The notes beneath the pieces are model-generated. The model ran no database searches. It was given only the letters and a program-made list of their open reading frames with translations, and had not been told where the DNA came from. The position numbers and the translations under genes were made by a program. A stretch of DNA of 64,000 bases from Veleropilina oligotropha (taxonomy: Eukaryota): positions 1-64,000 of the forward strand of contig JBEUKZ010000015.1 in NCBI GenBank assembly GCA_048128005.1, read 5' to 3'. Of the stretch, positions 44,932-59,799 are shown in pieces. How positions within the stretch are numbered: position 1 is the stretch's first letter; every line of letters starts with the position of its first letter.

Positions 44932-45965
44932 AGGCCGGGAAAAGTAACCCCCTGGTCGAAGATTTTGCTCAGGCGTTGGGGGCGTGGCTTTACATTGGCG
45001 GGAATACAAGTTTGCCTGTGAAGTCTGGAGGCGATAATTGCTCTAACAATTAAATAGACTTAAATAGAATTTGTTTGGGTTTAGAAAGTGCATTTCTGCA
45101 ACTCATATAAAAACCCATTTTGGTAGCTCGGTCATCTATAGCCTTCCCTGTCTCTTAAAGTGCTCATCCAAACGATTTTTAAATTGATTTACTGATGTGG
45201 ACTCCACCACCTTGACAGGAAGGGCATTCCACTCATCTACAACTCGGTTTGAGAAAAAGTATTTTCTAACATCTAGCCTGACCCTCTTTTTGTAAATCTT
45301 GAACTTATTCCCCCTTGTTTTATTATGGTTCAACTGGAAAAAATAACTAATATCAAGATTGCCTTTTCCTGTAAACATTTTAAATACTTGAATCATGTCA
45401 CCTCTTATCCTACGCAACGTTAATGTTGTAAGATCAAGGCTTCTGAGCCTATCCTCATATGTCAACTCTCTGATTTCACCTACCAATTTTGTGGCTCTCC
45501 TTTGTACTTGTTCCAATAGTTGGATATCCTTTGAGAGGTATGGATTCCATGCTTGCACCGCATATTCTAAATGTGATCTAACCAGTTGCTTGTATAAACG
45601 TGTTATGATGCCTTTTGACTTAAAAGTAAAATTACGCTTTATCATTCCTAATATTTGGTTTCCCTTTTTAGCTGCTTCGATACATTGATTTGATGGTTTC
45701 AGTGAATTATCAATCCATACACCCAAATCTTTCTCTTTTGTCACTACTTCTAGGTCATCACCTCCCATTTTATAACAATATTTTTTGTTTTTGTGACCCA
45801 CATGCATTACCTTACATTTGGTTGTATTGAAAAGCACACTTCGTAATTAGTTTTCTGTTGTTTTAACCATGTGTCAACCAATCGATGTCGATGTGGTCTG
45901 ATCGGTTTCCAAGTCAGAAATGAGCAGACCACTGGCTAGCCCCTTTTATAGTGGCACCCCGGCCT
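44932..45965 (-). mobile_element. Kolobok-like MITE (copy of 52425-52679) split by a CR1 3' fragment
   Basis: AGGCCGGG...CCCGGCCT ends, flanked by TTCA/TTAA; both halves match 52425-52679. Confidence 0.8.
45051..45837 (-). mobile_element. CR1-type LINE 3' fragment (233-aa RT C-terminus)
   Basis: FNTTKCKVMH, EKDLGV, LEYAVQAWNPY, LEQVQRRATK, FFSNRVVDEWNALP. Confidence 0.9.
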
Positions 45966-48900
45966 TTAAAGGCCGGACATACTTTTGGTCCAGTTTCATG
46001 GGAAACTGAGATGGCGTGGTCATCTGCAAAGGTGTGTTGTCAGCGATTGGTTACCTTTTTTAACCAGATTCTGAGTAGGTGCAGGTGTGAACAGACTATT
46101 TACTTTGCGAATGACAAACAAAAGAAGGTTGATCAAAGGCTTGTGGATGAATGTTCAAATGGTTGCCACTGATCGAAACGTTGTCTTATGGTAATTGCGA
46201 AACAATGAGTGTTCAGTGAAGTACATGCAGTAATCAATTGAATAATATAAGTTTTTTGCTAATTTGTGCTAATTTATTTGAAAAGTTCTATAATTGAGTT
46301 GTCATTATAAAGATATAAAAATATCATAAGCATGTATAATTTTCTCCATGCTAAAACCTATGTAGTATATGATATTGTTGTAATGTATGTATATTGTGTA
46401 AGCATTATGTTCTCTGTGTATACTGTTTTATGGTGAGAGACATATTTTGCCTATGTACCAAATGAACATTACTTACTATTACCTTATAAAGATATAAAGA
46501 TAATGGCATAGTTTATCCGGACCACAAGCTCCGATCAGTGTAGATATTATTGACCTACATACAGTAAAGGTTTCAATGCGACCATCGCTCAGCCAAACTA
46601 GCTATAACTATAAAGATAACAATATATATTAGATGTATTACTGTCAATTACTGAACATTTTTTCTTTGTGAAGTCCAATAGTATAAAGAATTGTTGATTA
46701 TCTTTCTAAAACGTGCTATGCCAGAACGTAATTCGTTTGCATGGTGTCTGCACGGGACGTCGACTCATAAAGATTTCAAAATGTCAGTATGTCGACTCTC
46801 GGTTTCGTTTGATGTTTCCTTTGATAGGATTACGGGGATTGCTGGTGACTTGTGTGAAAATCAAGGCCCCGAAAAATTACAAATCATCGAATGAACACTA
46901 GTAACACTGATTATTACTTCATATAGTAAATTTAAATTGTTGTGTAATATGAGTACGAGTTGGTGCCGATGTATAAAAAGCAAAATAATGATTTCCCATC
47001 ATGTTCAATTCGCAATGGCCAACGCACAGGTCCATGTTTCATTTTAACAGCCACTAGAATCAGTATATATCTTTACGTCGGAGGCTGCATGTATATGACC
47101 AGTAAGAGGAAAGGGGAATGGATAAACTGGCAACGTTGCACCAATAAAATATGTTCTTCCACGGCAAGCACAGTGAACGATATTCTGACCATGATAAAAG
47201 ATCACAACACGCACCCTCCAGTGAATGAAGAAATTACGGCGAAGGAGGTTATTACCCGAATAATTTATAGCTTGTACTAATATAATTTCGTTTTGTCCTG
47301 TATGTACATATTTTCCAATGATGACGTATGTCTTCCTTAATAAACATTTTTTTTTATTTCACTGACGTGTCTTGCATTCAGTGCAATTATCTTATGATTC
47401 GTATATAGGTGACAAGATGGCGGACAGGTGAAAATTTGATTACGAGCAGGTAAAATAATTATATCAACCAAGATAAATACGAAGCCATCTAACCTACAAA
47501 AGCTCGTGATTAGCACACAGTTATCGATGTAAGCAAGGATGCCAGGTTCGAATCAAAAACACCACACGATTAAGTCGGATAAAAAGAGAAAAGCTTCAAC
47601 TTCGCCAGTGACAACAACAAACTCGCCAGAAATGGCGGCGTCCTTGCCGACCAACCTAGCAACAATATTTTCCAGTACTGAGGTAACCTGCCAAAACGAA
47701 ACACGAATGGGTCAATCAACACCGGCTGACGAGACGTGCCCTCCGTGGGCTCAGGTACTATTTAAGCGTATATCTGACAAACTCGATCACATTGACATGT
47801 CAATAAGCAATATATACGCCAAAGTTGATAGAGTAGAGGGAAAACTGCACGCCACGATCAAAACTGTAGACTCTATTAGGGACACCCATGGTAAATAAAA
47901 TCGTACTAAATCCACAATCAACACGATGGTGATGTGTCGTGATGGAAACAGTCACCATGCATATGGAAGATATATTACTATAATTAATCACTCACCCATA
48001 CGCTAAAATAGAGTTAGAACTCATTTCTTATCACACACGTATCGACTATGTTCGCTGTGGTTATGGTTGATATCGGAAGTGCAATGAGTTATGTCATAAA
48101 ACTATTTTCAGGACTTCCTGTCGGGGTTATATGAAACTGTTGGATTGTTAAAAAATTCGGGTTGCGGAAAATAATGCTACACAACACAATAAGTGGCTTA
48201 AATTACGAAAATTTTCGCACTAATACGCAATCCGCATTTTTGATGATACAAAATTTTAAATTATAACCAAATGAATGAGATGGATCCTTTGACGGCGAAA
48301 AAACCAATTCAAAACGATCTATTATTAGTATTAAAATATTTGACCTTCTAAAAAATTGGTCAAAAAATATATCTTTTATACAAAATCAAAATAAACAATA
48401 TAATATACCGTACTGTGACCTCACGATAATAAATATAAAGTATTAATTTAAACTTACAAAATAAATTCATCCGCTCAAAATCTTGTGCGATCGGAAGAGA
48501 TATTAAATGTCCACTGCCGTAAAATAGGTTTTACATCGTTTTATAGAGATTTGGCTGTACGAGAAATTCTACTTCCACGATGTTCCTAAGATTAATTTTA
48601 TTCTAGACGAATGTGCGTGACTGTAATAGCCTCGTTATGGAAAAAACATCTGACTGACATAATTTCACAGGTGAACGTCGGTATGTAAAGGTGTCCCTAA
48701 CTCTATGACATACATATTAAAAACATCCAACATCAGATCTCTGAACTTGAAAACAGCTTCCAATACCAAAGTTATACGATGGAAGCGGTAAAATCGACTA
48801 ACGCCGCCCACGCAGACCACCTAAAGTACCTGGAAGATTGCCTAGATCAATCAAACGCCTCTAACAACACGCTTAAATAATACATACTTGACCTGAAAAC

Positions 48901-49002
48901 AAGGTCAATGAGGGACAATCTTGTTTTTTACAATATTTCGGAAGTTGAAAATGAAAACCCAGAGGACGTAATACAGGAGTTCTGTGCAAACAAGCTAGAA
49001 AT

Positions 49003-49260
49003 GAGACAATCGTGTGGTCTCGAGTGCCGACTCTGAACTCACTGGCTTGATTCCGTTGGATAACGAACATGAGTGGCTTCGAATCCCGGTCGGGGACATT
49101 TGTTCAGTTATGAATCACAGTTGTCCGTAACTGGTCGGAGAGGGCGGGTTTGCCCGGCTGCCTGGAGTTTCCTCCCGCGATAATATGGACATGTCCTGCT
49201 TTGAACCTGATGTTTGTAAATATACAGGACATTAAGCATGATCCACTCCACTCCACTATA
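49003..49260 (+). mobile_element. tRNA-derived SINE
   Basis: A/B-box-like GTGTGGTCTCGAG and TTCGAATCCC; central GGGTTTGCCCGG...GAGTTTCCTCCC; (CCACT)n tail; related copies at ~50830-51020, ~59800-60005 and ~63415-63525. Confidence 0.65.
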
Positions 49261-49485
49261 TGGCATTTGCATCACATGTTATCAACACACGAAGTGAGTA
49301 AAACATAACACCAATTATCATTTGTATTATTACATGTAAAGATGTTGCATGGTAACTAGGTGGCGGGTAGCATCTTCATCCAAATAATTATCGCATTCAC
49401 ACCAAGGCAAATATTCAACGTTAAATTCTGTCTAATTGTCATTATGTACATACAGGTAATTGTGATATATATATTTGCATTACAG

Positions 49486-50650
49486 GCGGGGGCGTATAGG
49501 AACCGATGGAGGCCCGTCACAAGATGACGCCATTGATGACATCGCCAAGAAAGTTCTCTCCATTACGCCCCAACAAATGAAAAGTCTGCGGAACCCATTT
49601 GATGATGATGCGGAGTTCCACAGCGACGCACATAGTTCGGATCCAAGCATCGAGGACCCAAAGTCTATCAATGAGGGCGTCAACTATATAAGTGTAAGTA
49701 GCGCTATACACACACAATATTATTGCACTACAGCACATACTTATGAAACACATAATAATGATAACAAATATCGATGTATAGACTAGTTTAAAACGATAGA
49801 GTTACCCAATAACAATACTGGTACATTGTATAGTACAGTACATGCTGTAACGTTCAGTTATGGAGCAACCTTATTTTAACATGTTTTTCTGATATTTTTG
49901 CAGACAGAGCAGCCATCTGGTAGTAGGGCAGTGCAGCAGGATCGACCTCGTCACCACACTCCCGAAGTTCCTGTAGACATGGGTCGGCAGGAGTACGTCA
50001 AGTCTCAGCTCCTGAAGATGGCACAAGTACAACATAAGCGAAAAATGGAACTATTTGATCTGAAGGAAGAGGTCCTAACATTGAAAAAGAAGAAATTACA
50101 AAAGGAGCTTGGCCTGCCATGGACCCCACTAAGAGCCACTGCCAGATCAACGAGTGAAGGTAGCACAACTAGCAACTCCCCACCTTCGAGGATTGTTGCT
50201 GGTATCCCCACAGTCGGCATCCCCACAACTGGTCTCTTCGCTACACGGAGTGCAGCTGCTGGCATCCCCATTACAGGGAATGCAGCCACAGCCCGCATCA
50301 GCACCACCAGGTCCCGTGCTCCTTTAATGGCATCGACCGCTGTCGTCCACAGGAGACATGCAACGTATTCAGTATCAAAACCTGAAGATCAACGCGTATA
50401 TCAGCCTCTCTTAAGAGTAACCCAGCCGTCATCCACGCCTGTTGATGTGGTGCCTTATCAACTAACAAGATTTCCTGCTAGTGACCAGCCAACTGGAAGG
50501 GGACAGTTTCAATCTACCTGTACCCATAGTCTTCCTCTCCAGCATGGTGATGGGTTAGTGGATATCACCCCTGCGGACCTGGCACCAGTATTTGGCACCC
50601 ATTTTGAAAGATGCATTTTCGTGCTTTTGGGACAACGTGGACTGGAATGT
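49486..50650 (+). pseudogene. Probable Harbinger accessory (Myb/SANT-type) gene remnant, spliced
   Basis: AG/GT-bounded exons at ~49486-49693 and from ~49903; GTDGGP...NPFDDDA and coiled coil as in Harbinger second ORFs; convergent with the transposase. Confidence 0.5.
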
Positions 50651-50829
50651 TACTCTAGGTTATGTTATATTATGTTACTTGATTACTAAATTGAATATGT
50701 TGTTCTATTTAAAGCTTGAATTTCTCACATATTAAACAATGTTCTAGTAAACTAGTAGTGCAGACATAATCAGTAAAGAGGAGTAGGAGTAAATCGATAT
50801 TTTTGACCCACTTAACACACCTTTCCGGG

Positions 50830-51020
50830 ACATGTCCATACTTTGGTGGGCGGAAAGACCGAACTAGCCGGTGAAACCCACGCGCGCCAGCCAGTTACGG
50901 ACAACTGAATCTGATAACGCAACATAACATTGCCTTCGCCAGGCACGAACGCACAACGGTAGCGACATTGCAGACAGGTCACGTAGCTTTGGAGTCTTGC
51001 TCGCTAACCACACGGGCGCC
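50830..51020 (-). mobile_element. tRNA-derived SINE copy
   Basis: Shares GGACATGTCCAT and CAGTTACGGACAACTG blocks with the 49003-49260 copy. Confidence 0.55.
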
Positions 51021-51082
51021 GAATCAGTAAAGATGTATAAAATAATAAATACAATTTAAAACAATGGACTTACCCTATGTAT

Positions 51083-52265
51083 TCACTGAAAATTCCTGAT
51101 CAGTGCTGCTCGGACTGCCTGTCCACCCTGGTTTGGATTGTCCAACTGTGGGACGGGTACTTCCACGTTTCCTCCAGCAACATCATTCTCTGGCATTGGG
51201 ACAGCATCCATGCGGGAGAAGTTGTGCAGTACAGCATAGGCCACTATCACTACCAATGACGTTTCAAGCTTCAAGCGTAGCCCCAACTGTAAACAGGGAA
51301 ATCGACGCTTCCAAATCCCAAATACATTCTCTATTTTGACTCTTGTTCTGCAGAAGGCCCTCTGGAATCTTCTCTCTGGTTGGGTCTGGGGTCGCAACAA
51401 GGGAGTGATGAGGTACTGTCGCAGAGGGTAGCCACTATCACCGATGAGGATGCCCTCCAACTCCTTCCTCTCAAACCGCGCTGCTATCTGAATATTGTCA
51501 AAAATGCGGCTATCGTGTGTGCTTCCAGGCCACCTTGCAACAATGTTCCTGATGTTAAGGTCTGCATCGCCTATCACCTGCAACATGGATATCGTAAGCT
51601 CCTATACTAGATGATTAGTACCATTCCAACCTATATCATACAATATGTTAGTGGATCACACAAATTGGGGGTTACTGTATTGTATCGACTAACAGTGTCT
51701 GACAGCATATTTAATATTGAATTTACCTGCACATTGATTGAGAAGTAGCCTTTCCTATTGCGGAAGAGTTCAGCTCTGTCACCCCCTGGTGATCGGATGG
51801 CAACATGGGTGCAGTCAATAGCTCCCACTATTCCTGGAATCCCAGCAATTTCATGGAAGTCTCTCTGTATTCTCCGAGCTTCCTCCCCCCTAGGAATTGG
51901 ATGTAGTCCTGTCGCAATGAAGCAAGGACACGCGAAACTCGAGCCACTATCCTACTCACAGTTGAGATTTGATTGAAACAAATCCCCATCAACTTTCAGA
52001 AATGAGCTCGACGCATAGAAACGCAATGCAAATAGGATTTGTATCATTGGTGGGATTGAGGTTCCATAATCATGGGCATGGTCTAGCCGCTGACCCAACC
52101 TCTCACAAATCGTTATCACGCCGACCTTGGACAGTCGAAATCGGTGCAGGAATTGCTCCTATGTATACTCCAACATCGGATTCCCCCTCGGTCTCACAAC
52201 AGCCTCTCTTCTGATCAGTCTTTCCACCATATCCACCGCATCCAACTGATCTAGCAAATCTTCGG
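51083..52265 (-). pseudogene. PIF/Harbinger (HARBI1-like) DDE transposase remnant with a 149-bp intron (51578-51726)
   Basis: GAIDCTH, NRKGYFSINVQ|VIGD, WPGSTHDSRIF, GDSGY, IENVFGIWKRRFPCL; GT-AG intron restores the frame; TIR-like GCAACCGGGC at ~52733-52742. Confidence 0.88.
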
Positions 52266-52424
52266 CCATGTTTTAAAGAACTTTTGTACACTCTGACCCT
52301 GAATCGTGTCTTAAGAACTTCTTATAACCTGCCTACCCCCAGGTTCAGAAACACCTATGCTTAGGAAGTTCTTAAGACACAAACTACAGTCGTGCAACCC
52401 AGGAAAGGTTTAAGAGACGCTTAA

Positions 52425-52679
52425 AGGCCGGGGTGCCACTATAAAAGGGGCTAGCCAGTGGTCTGCTCATTTCTGACATGGAAACCGATCAGACCACATC
52501 GACATCATTGGTTGAAACATGGTTAAAACAACAAAAATCCAATTACGAAGTGTGTTTTTAGTTGTTAGAGCAATTAACACCACCAGACTTCAAAGACAAA
52601 CTTGTTTACCCGCCAATTTAAGGCCACGCCCACAACGCCTGGGAAAAATCTTCGACCAGGGGGTCACTTTTCCCGGCCT
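52425..52679 (+). mobile_element. Kolobok-like MITE, 255 bp, TTAA TSD
   Basis: TTAA-AGGCCGGG...CCCGGCCT-TTAA. Confidence 0.85.
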
Positions 52680-54704
52680 TTAAGAACTTCTTATGTCGTA
52701 GTTGACCCAATCTCCTCTTAATCGGGACACACGCAACCGGGCATTAATCTTCTAGATGTTAACGAGTTCTCTGATCATGCGATCGTCAGTTTTGCCTTAA
52801 ATACCAATTGCTTTAATATATCTACAGAGAATAATGACGTTTGCAATATTTCTTTAATTCATTGGAACGTTGACATGGCTCAACAATACAGAAATGAGAT
52901 TGCTGTTAATTCACTAACTTTTGAAGAAATCGTAAACAATCTCACCAATGATCATGATGTAGAAAAGACAGTTAATTATCTGTCAAAGATGATATATGAC
53001 ATTGGATATGCCTTATTTGGAAACGAGAAGAAAGTATATAAGTTTCCAAGACATAAAAATCTTTGGTTTGACAACGAATGTACACGTCGAAAAATGACAT
53101 TTTGTAAAGAAAGAAACAAGTATAGACACTGTCGTAGTGAATCAAATAGAAATAGATTTATTGAAGCAAGAAATAAGTACGTGAAGGCAAAAAATCTATA
53201 TTGCGCTTTCATCGACTTTGAGAAAGCTTTCGATAAGGTTAATAGGGATATCCTTTATTATAAACTGTGGAAAGAAGGTGTTAGCAGTAAAATTATCAAG
53301 ATGGTTAGGAGTATGTACTCGCAGGTCGATATATGTGTTAAGGATGATTTCCAGGTTTCAAACTCATTTCGAAGCCACCAAGGTGTGAAGCAAGGTGAAC
53401 CCATGTCTCCCCTTCTTTTCTTATTCTTTATTAATGATTTTATGTCTAACTACAATCCTCAAAATATCAATGATCTCATATCGATTGAAACTGTTATATT
53501 ATTCTCTATACTTTTCGCGGATGATACAGTGTTAATATCTCATTCTGGTGTAGAATTACAGAACCAACTAGACCATCTCTCAAAGTATTGCGAGAAATGG
53601 AATATATCTGTTAACATCAATAAAACAAAAATTGTCATATTTACTAGAAAAAGATCTCTACCTCATTTCGAATTCGTCTATAATAACGCAATTATTGAAC
53701 AGCGCGACTCTTTCACATATCTTGGCGTACTTTTTCACAAAAGTGGGAATCTCAATTATACACAAAAACGACAAGCTCAGCAAGGCAAGGCAACTACGCT
53801 GCTGAAGTTTGAGGTTTTAACAAATCAGACGAAGTTGAAAATGTTCACACGAAATTTTGTAGAAAAACATTACAAATTTCACAAAGGGCGCCAACTTACT
53901 CCCTTTATGGCGAACTGGAGAGAGTAACGTTGGCCATTAAAAGACGCGAAAGAATACTCAAATACTGGATAAAAATTATTGGTAATAAAAACTCATTACC
54001 ATATATACTCTATAATAACGCCAGAAGAGAATGTGAAAGGGTTAATGCTATAAACTGGGCCTCTAACGTAAGAGATTTACTGATTGAGTTAGGCTTTAAT
54101 AATTACTGGATAGAGCAAGATTCTATTGAACTTTCTCTATCCAGGCTAACCCAGCGATTACACGACCAGTTCAGGCAGTGTTGGCACAACACCATACAAA
54201 ACACCCAGAAATTACGCTTATAGTCAAATTATAAAGCTATTATGCATTTGGAAAAGTACCTGACACTACAAAATCAGGTAACTAGAAAACTTATATCACA
54301 AATAAGAAGTGGAAGCGGTAAACTAGCTGTCGATGAGGGAAGAGTTGAAAGACAGAATAGGATATGCCAACACTGCCCCATGCAAGTAGTTGAAGATGAG
54401 TACCACTTTGTCCTAGTTTGCCCTCATTATAGAAATATTCGCACCACGTATCTACCGAAATATTATACTAGATGGCCGACCATGCAGAAATTTATAAATT
54501 TGATGACAACAGATTCCAATAAATTGTTATCCAATCTAGGGATATTTCTAAAACATTCTTGGACTATAAGGAATAATCATTTATAAGCTTTAAACTATTA
54601 CATCAACTGTTTAATGTTACCATTACTGTTATATACCACGCCTACACGAACGACGAGACAACATCACCAAAAAACTGGTTTCAGAAATATGCAAACCTGA
54701 AAAC

Positions 54705-56259
54705 AAACTAAATTAAAGCTGCGAGCAGCTGTGAGGGCTTCAATCAGATAAACGAAATAAAAAAAGACGTAAAATATAAAAAAATAAAAAAGTTTAATTT
54801 AAAAAAAAAAAAAAAATTACAAAAAATACTAAATTTAAAAAAATATTTTTTATATTTTAAGATATACATATGGCCACTCTGAATCGAATGCCGCCAATCT
54901 TAGATTTCTACGCCGAAAGTGCTAGGGGGGCCGGAAAATTTTGAAACCTAGATGCTATGAAATCTATTATCTTGTGCATTAACCTATGATGGAAATTAAG
55001 AAGTATCTATAATAATGAATGCGCAACTGGACTGACCAACAGAATATCAATGTTTTCACCATATATTAACAGTTAATGAATCATGTAGCCTTCTGTTGGC
55101 TAAATGTTTACTTAAGCCTGATAGCAGAACTTCTCAAGGGCCTTGCTGTCCACTGGACAGGGTTGCTGCGCGGCTTTATGACACCTCAAAGAGACAGGCT
55201 CATAAACTGCCTACTTCATCTGATAAGGCAATTAGCACTGAGCTGGTCACCCCGAAATGAGACGAGGAATTAAAATAGTATTTTTTAAACAATGAAAGTA
55301 CTTATTGTATTCTTGTCACAATTCTCTAATATAACGATCTTTATAAAGTATATTTTATGCGAAAATCTGGAAGAAAAAGGACGATTTTTAGAGGCGCTAT
55401 GAAGCAATATTCATCTAAAAACACTAAGTCTAATAACTCTCAAGCAACTCATTTTAGCGATGTATTCTATAGATATTACATTAGATATTTTCGATACGAA
55501 TAAAATGAATTGCGTCACGTTTCATATAAATGAAAATTAAAGAAGTTACAGTCAATTTAATATTAAATTTAATGTCTTCATAACTCCTTTTTAATTTGTC
55601 TCACAAAGTATTCCATTAGAACAACATATACCGATATAATGCTTTGTCAAAACTACCAAGTGTCGATAAGATCACGCTACTCAGTTCTGAGAAAAGCGCA
55701 TTTTAATGTTTTCAAAAAATCAAAGATTGCGACGAAACCATGGCATTTATTGGCTAACATTTTGCGGCAAACATTACTTGATATCGATGCGCACTCACCC
55801 TGGAAGATTGGAAAGATTTCGTGGAGTGCATTGAAAGATACTGCAGAAATGAAAAATTGAAAAAAACTTCAAAATTTTGTCAAGATTAGGACGCCCGTAG
55901 CGATCTTAGCATTGAAAAAATGAAAATTTCATTTCCAAGAGATTGTTGTCTCAATAGTCTAGATCATGCCTTTGAAGATTTTGTCTCGATCTCGAAAGCC
56001 GTGTAAGACTTATATCGTTTTTGAAAAGAGGTCATATTTTTTTACAAAATTGAAGATTACGACCAAAGCATAAAATCCCGAAACTTGAAAATAGAACGAG
56101 GCAATGCTTCAATGATGTGCCCAAGCACACATGAATTTTGAAAGCTGTAGCTATAGCCGTTTTCGCGCTAAAGTGCCCACAAAAAAACGTCAGAATAAGA
56201 ATAATAACCGGTACAATTTCAATAGGGCTTCAAGCTTGAAAGAGCTTGAAGCCCTAATT
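54705..56259 (+). mobile_element. Helentron-like non-autonomous element
   Basis: AATTAAAGCTGCGAGCAGC start; 3' palindrome AGGGCTTCAAGC-TTGAAAGA-GCTTGAAGCCCT; AGGGCTTCA also near the 5' end. Confidence 0.6.
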
Positions 56260-56719
56260 ATCTTGTGCCAAAACCTAGGGATAGTCTCTACAACACCCGC
56301 AAATCAAAGAAATATCCGCTGCCAAAAGTGAAAACTGAACGCTTTCGAAAAAGCTTTGTGAACTATTGCCTGTACAATTACCAATAAGCAGTTTTACTTT
56401 TTATCATACATTTTAAATGTTGCTTTTACCTTAATGCATATTTATGTTGTCATATTTTATGTCTTTTACTATTGACATAATTGTATACGTCAGCCTTTGG
56501 CTGCAATATGGAATAAACTATTATTATTATATATACAGTACATGCATTGCAATTTTCATTGTGAGGTTATTCAATACCGTATATGATTATCTGCTGAGCA
56601 CTCCTCTTTGTTGTATTGACATCAATTAATAATACTGGTTCCTCCAAAAACCATTTAATCCATATATACATTTGTATTCTAATATATTTATAATTGCATA
56701 TGTCTTTGCTATATTTGAT

Positions 56720-56918
<199 letters not shown>

Positions 56919-57604
56919 TATGTTTATATTAATATATTTGCATCTACATTTCTTGCTAATCCTGATACATATGCATTTGTACTCATAGTTTATAACCTGT
57001 CCGTCATATATGTATAATTATACCTACAAATATGTATTTGTTTATAGCTAAATAAAACTGAATTGAATTGAATATACTTTCGAGGCGAAATGCAAATAGC
57101 ATGAGCCGTAATAAAGAATGATGATGTCATGATGACCTTATATTGCTCAGTTAATCCGATTTACATAAGTGTGACAACATGATTGCCTCATTGTTTACTT
57201 AATCCCACTACAGCCAAAAGTGGCAGGACGTCGACTCCAATTTTGGCCAAAATCGCCAGGAGTCGACGTCCCGTGCATGAACCGTTTGCATATGCGTGTA
57301 TGTTTATGTTTTAATAAAATATATTTGCTATAAAAGGTTAATTAAATATATTTGCTATAAAAGGTTAATTAAATATATTTGCTATATAAAGTTATAAATA
57401 TCTACTATTATAAACAGTTCAGTTCTAGATATAAGCGAAAAAAATCAAATCAGCTACGTCATTTGATAACAATTAATACTTTATTCACTGAAAATAAGAA
57501 AGTATATATTGAAAACAGTCGCAATATAACACACACTTCCATGTACATACACTGTTTAGACGTAAAGAAATAAGTCCGCAATTTTCTTATCAATAGAACC
57601 ATAT

Positions 57605-57922
57605 TTACTGCCATTGATGTCCCATGTAGGCTGTCCCTGGAAGATTCGGATACAAATTTCTAACCTGAGTCACAACACAAAATGGCATGACTTCTCTCCT
57701 GTGATGAACGAACAATTCCCCACCGCCTATACGTTGCTTTCTTTTCTCATATCCTGGATCTTTCCATACGCCTTGATTTGACAAACACCTCCAGTATTTC
57801 CCATACTTGTCTTTCTGTATTAATCGATTGGTTTTACTTGGGGCTTGTCCTTTTCCAATCCAATGGTTTGGTCGCAGAGTTACACATGGATTCAGGAAGC
57901 ATTCAGGGCATTCAGTTGACAT
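57605..57922 (-). CDS. KolX/P2X7 C-terminal-domain-like small protein, 105 aa
   Basis: CPECFLNPC and RREVMPFCVVTQVRNLYP...YMGH match the R..LP.C.V..IR..FP...Y.GF signature; lies inside the Kolobok-like element. Confidence 0.6.
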   Translation of the reverse strand: MSTECPECFLNPCVTLRPNHWIGKGQAPSKTNRLIQKDKYGKYWRCLSNQGVWKDPGYEKRKQRIGGGELFVHHRREVMPFCVVTQVRNLYPNLPGTAYMGHQWQ

Positions 57923-58472
57923 GTCGTCTTCTTTTTGCGATGTATCGTGATTGTTAGTAACACATGTTGCTGTTTGCTGTCGAACCCCATTTTCGAGGAT
58001 AATGAAAACAGTGACACCGAATAATATGATGCAATAGATGACGGATTGAAATATTTAGTGCAACACAAAATCAACACAAATTCTATGTCAAATTACATTG
58101 CAATATTTTGACTGAAAGTTTCTATGAAATTGATTGAATGCGATTGACTTGCAAAAGATGTTATGAACATCCATTCGTGATATATAATATACAAATAGTT
58201 AACTATGCACTAATATATATGTACATATTTCGTTAATTGTAATGTGTTCTTATCTATTTTAATTTAACGGTTCTAATATTAATACTGAATACAGTGTAAG
58301 CAGTTAACTTTCGATTATAAATTTTTAAAGCCAAAATAATGCCATTTTACACCTGCTGTATATTTCACACACGTCGGTTCAGAGACTATCATATTGTGCA
58401 ATATTTTATACATTTGATAAGTGTTGAGATTCAAGTATTGAATGGCGTCATCACTTAGTATGATACTAGTAA

Positions 58473-58615
<143 letters not shown>

Positions 58616-59799
58616 ATATGGAACCGTGATAACATGATGCATTGATATAGTAGTATAACACAATTGAGATGTAAATACATATATTGTTTAATTTAATAAA
58701 TAAATAAAAATTGTATTGACATTTTAATAAATACTTAGGCTGTATGCCTATAGTAAAATTGTATATTATGTATTTGTTCTGATTAATCTGATCATTCATA
58801 TATAAATAATGTTTTGGAGAAAATTAAAAAATCACGAAGAGGAAAGTTCATCTTCTGATTCCTAATGTGATTAACTATTCTGTGCAGATCAATGACTTGT
58901 TGGCTAGTCAATTGCAATTAGTTAATGTAAACACTCTATTCACACAGTCTGGTCAGAATTGTGTCCAAGGAATTTACCAATCGGTGACAAAACACCTTTG
59001 TAGATGACCACGCCCTCTCAGTTTCCCATGAAACTGGACCAAAAGTATGTCCGGCCTTTAAAAGGGTAAATCAGCATCAACGATGCTATTTAAATTCTTT
59101 GTGGGATTTTCATATAGGTCAGATATTTTGCATTTACTCATGGTAATTAGTTGTTAGTTTTATGCATCCAGCGAAACCAGCGATAAGAGAGTGGGGATGA
59201 GTTGCATAAAGTATGAGTGTAATCATTTTTGGGGAAAACATATGGAATGTATTGTCAAAACATAACATCATATAACACAGCGTGATACATTCATCTTTAA
59301 ACAATTCGTAAGACTATCTGGAAATATAAGCATATTGTTGGTTAAATATTATATTTCAATACAATTGTCAAGAACATACTCTGCATGTTGCTTATTAATG
59401 AAATTATAAATAAATAAAGAGTAGATATGTTTAAATATCATTCCGATACATTACAAGCATTAGCTTATCATTATTGTGATAGTAAAAGTAATATTCAAGT
59501 AAATGTATGAACCATATTTCATAATAAATAATTTAGTACTTTTCTTATTCGAATGCGACACAATGAAAACCATGTATATTTGAGTATAAGTAATGATACG
59601 TCCAGCATAAATTATAGTAGTGTAAATACACACACATCAAAGTTTATAATAAGCTATATTCTCTTTATGGTTTAATTATGATAACATATCACTTTCGCAA
59701 TGTTGTTTTGTTTATTTATATGTAATGTATATATAAATATGATATACGCTGAAAAGTTGAATGTTCAATGTATATTTCATTTCATTAAGTTCAAATCAG

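Noticed and set aside
49898..50689. 263-aa ORF as a host gene
   Set aside because: Starts at a splice acceptor, is low-complexity and lies convergent to a Harbinger transposase inside a TE nest
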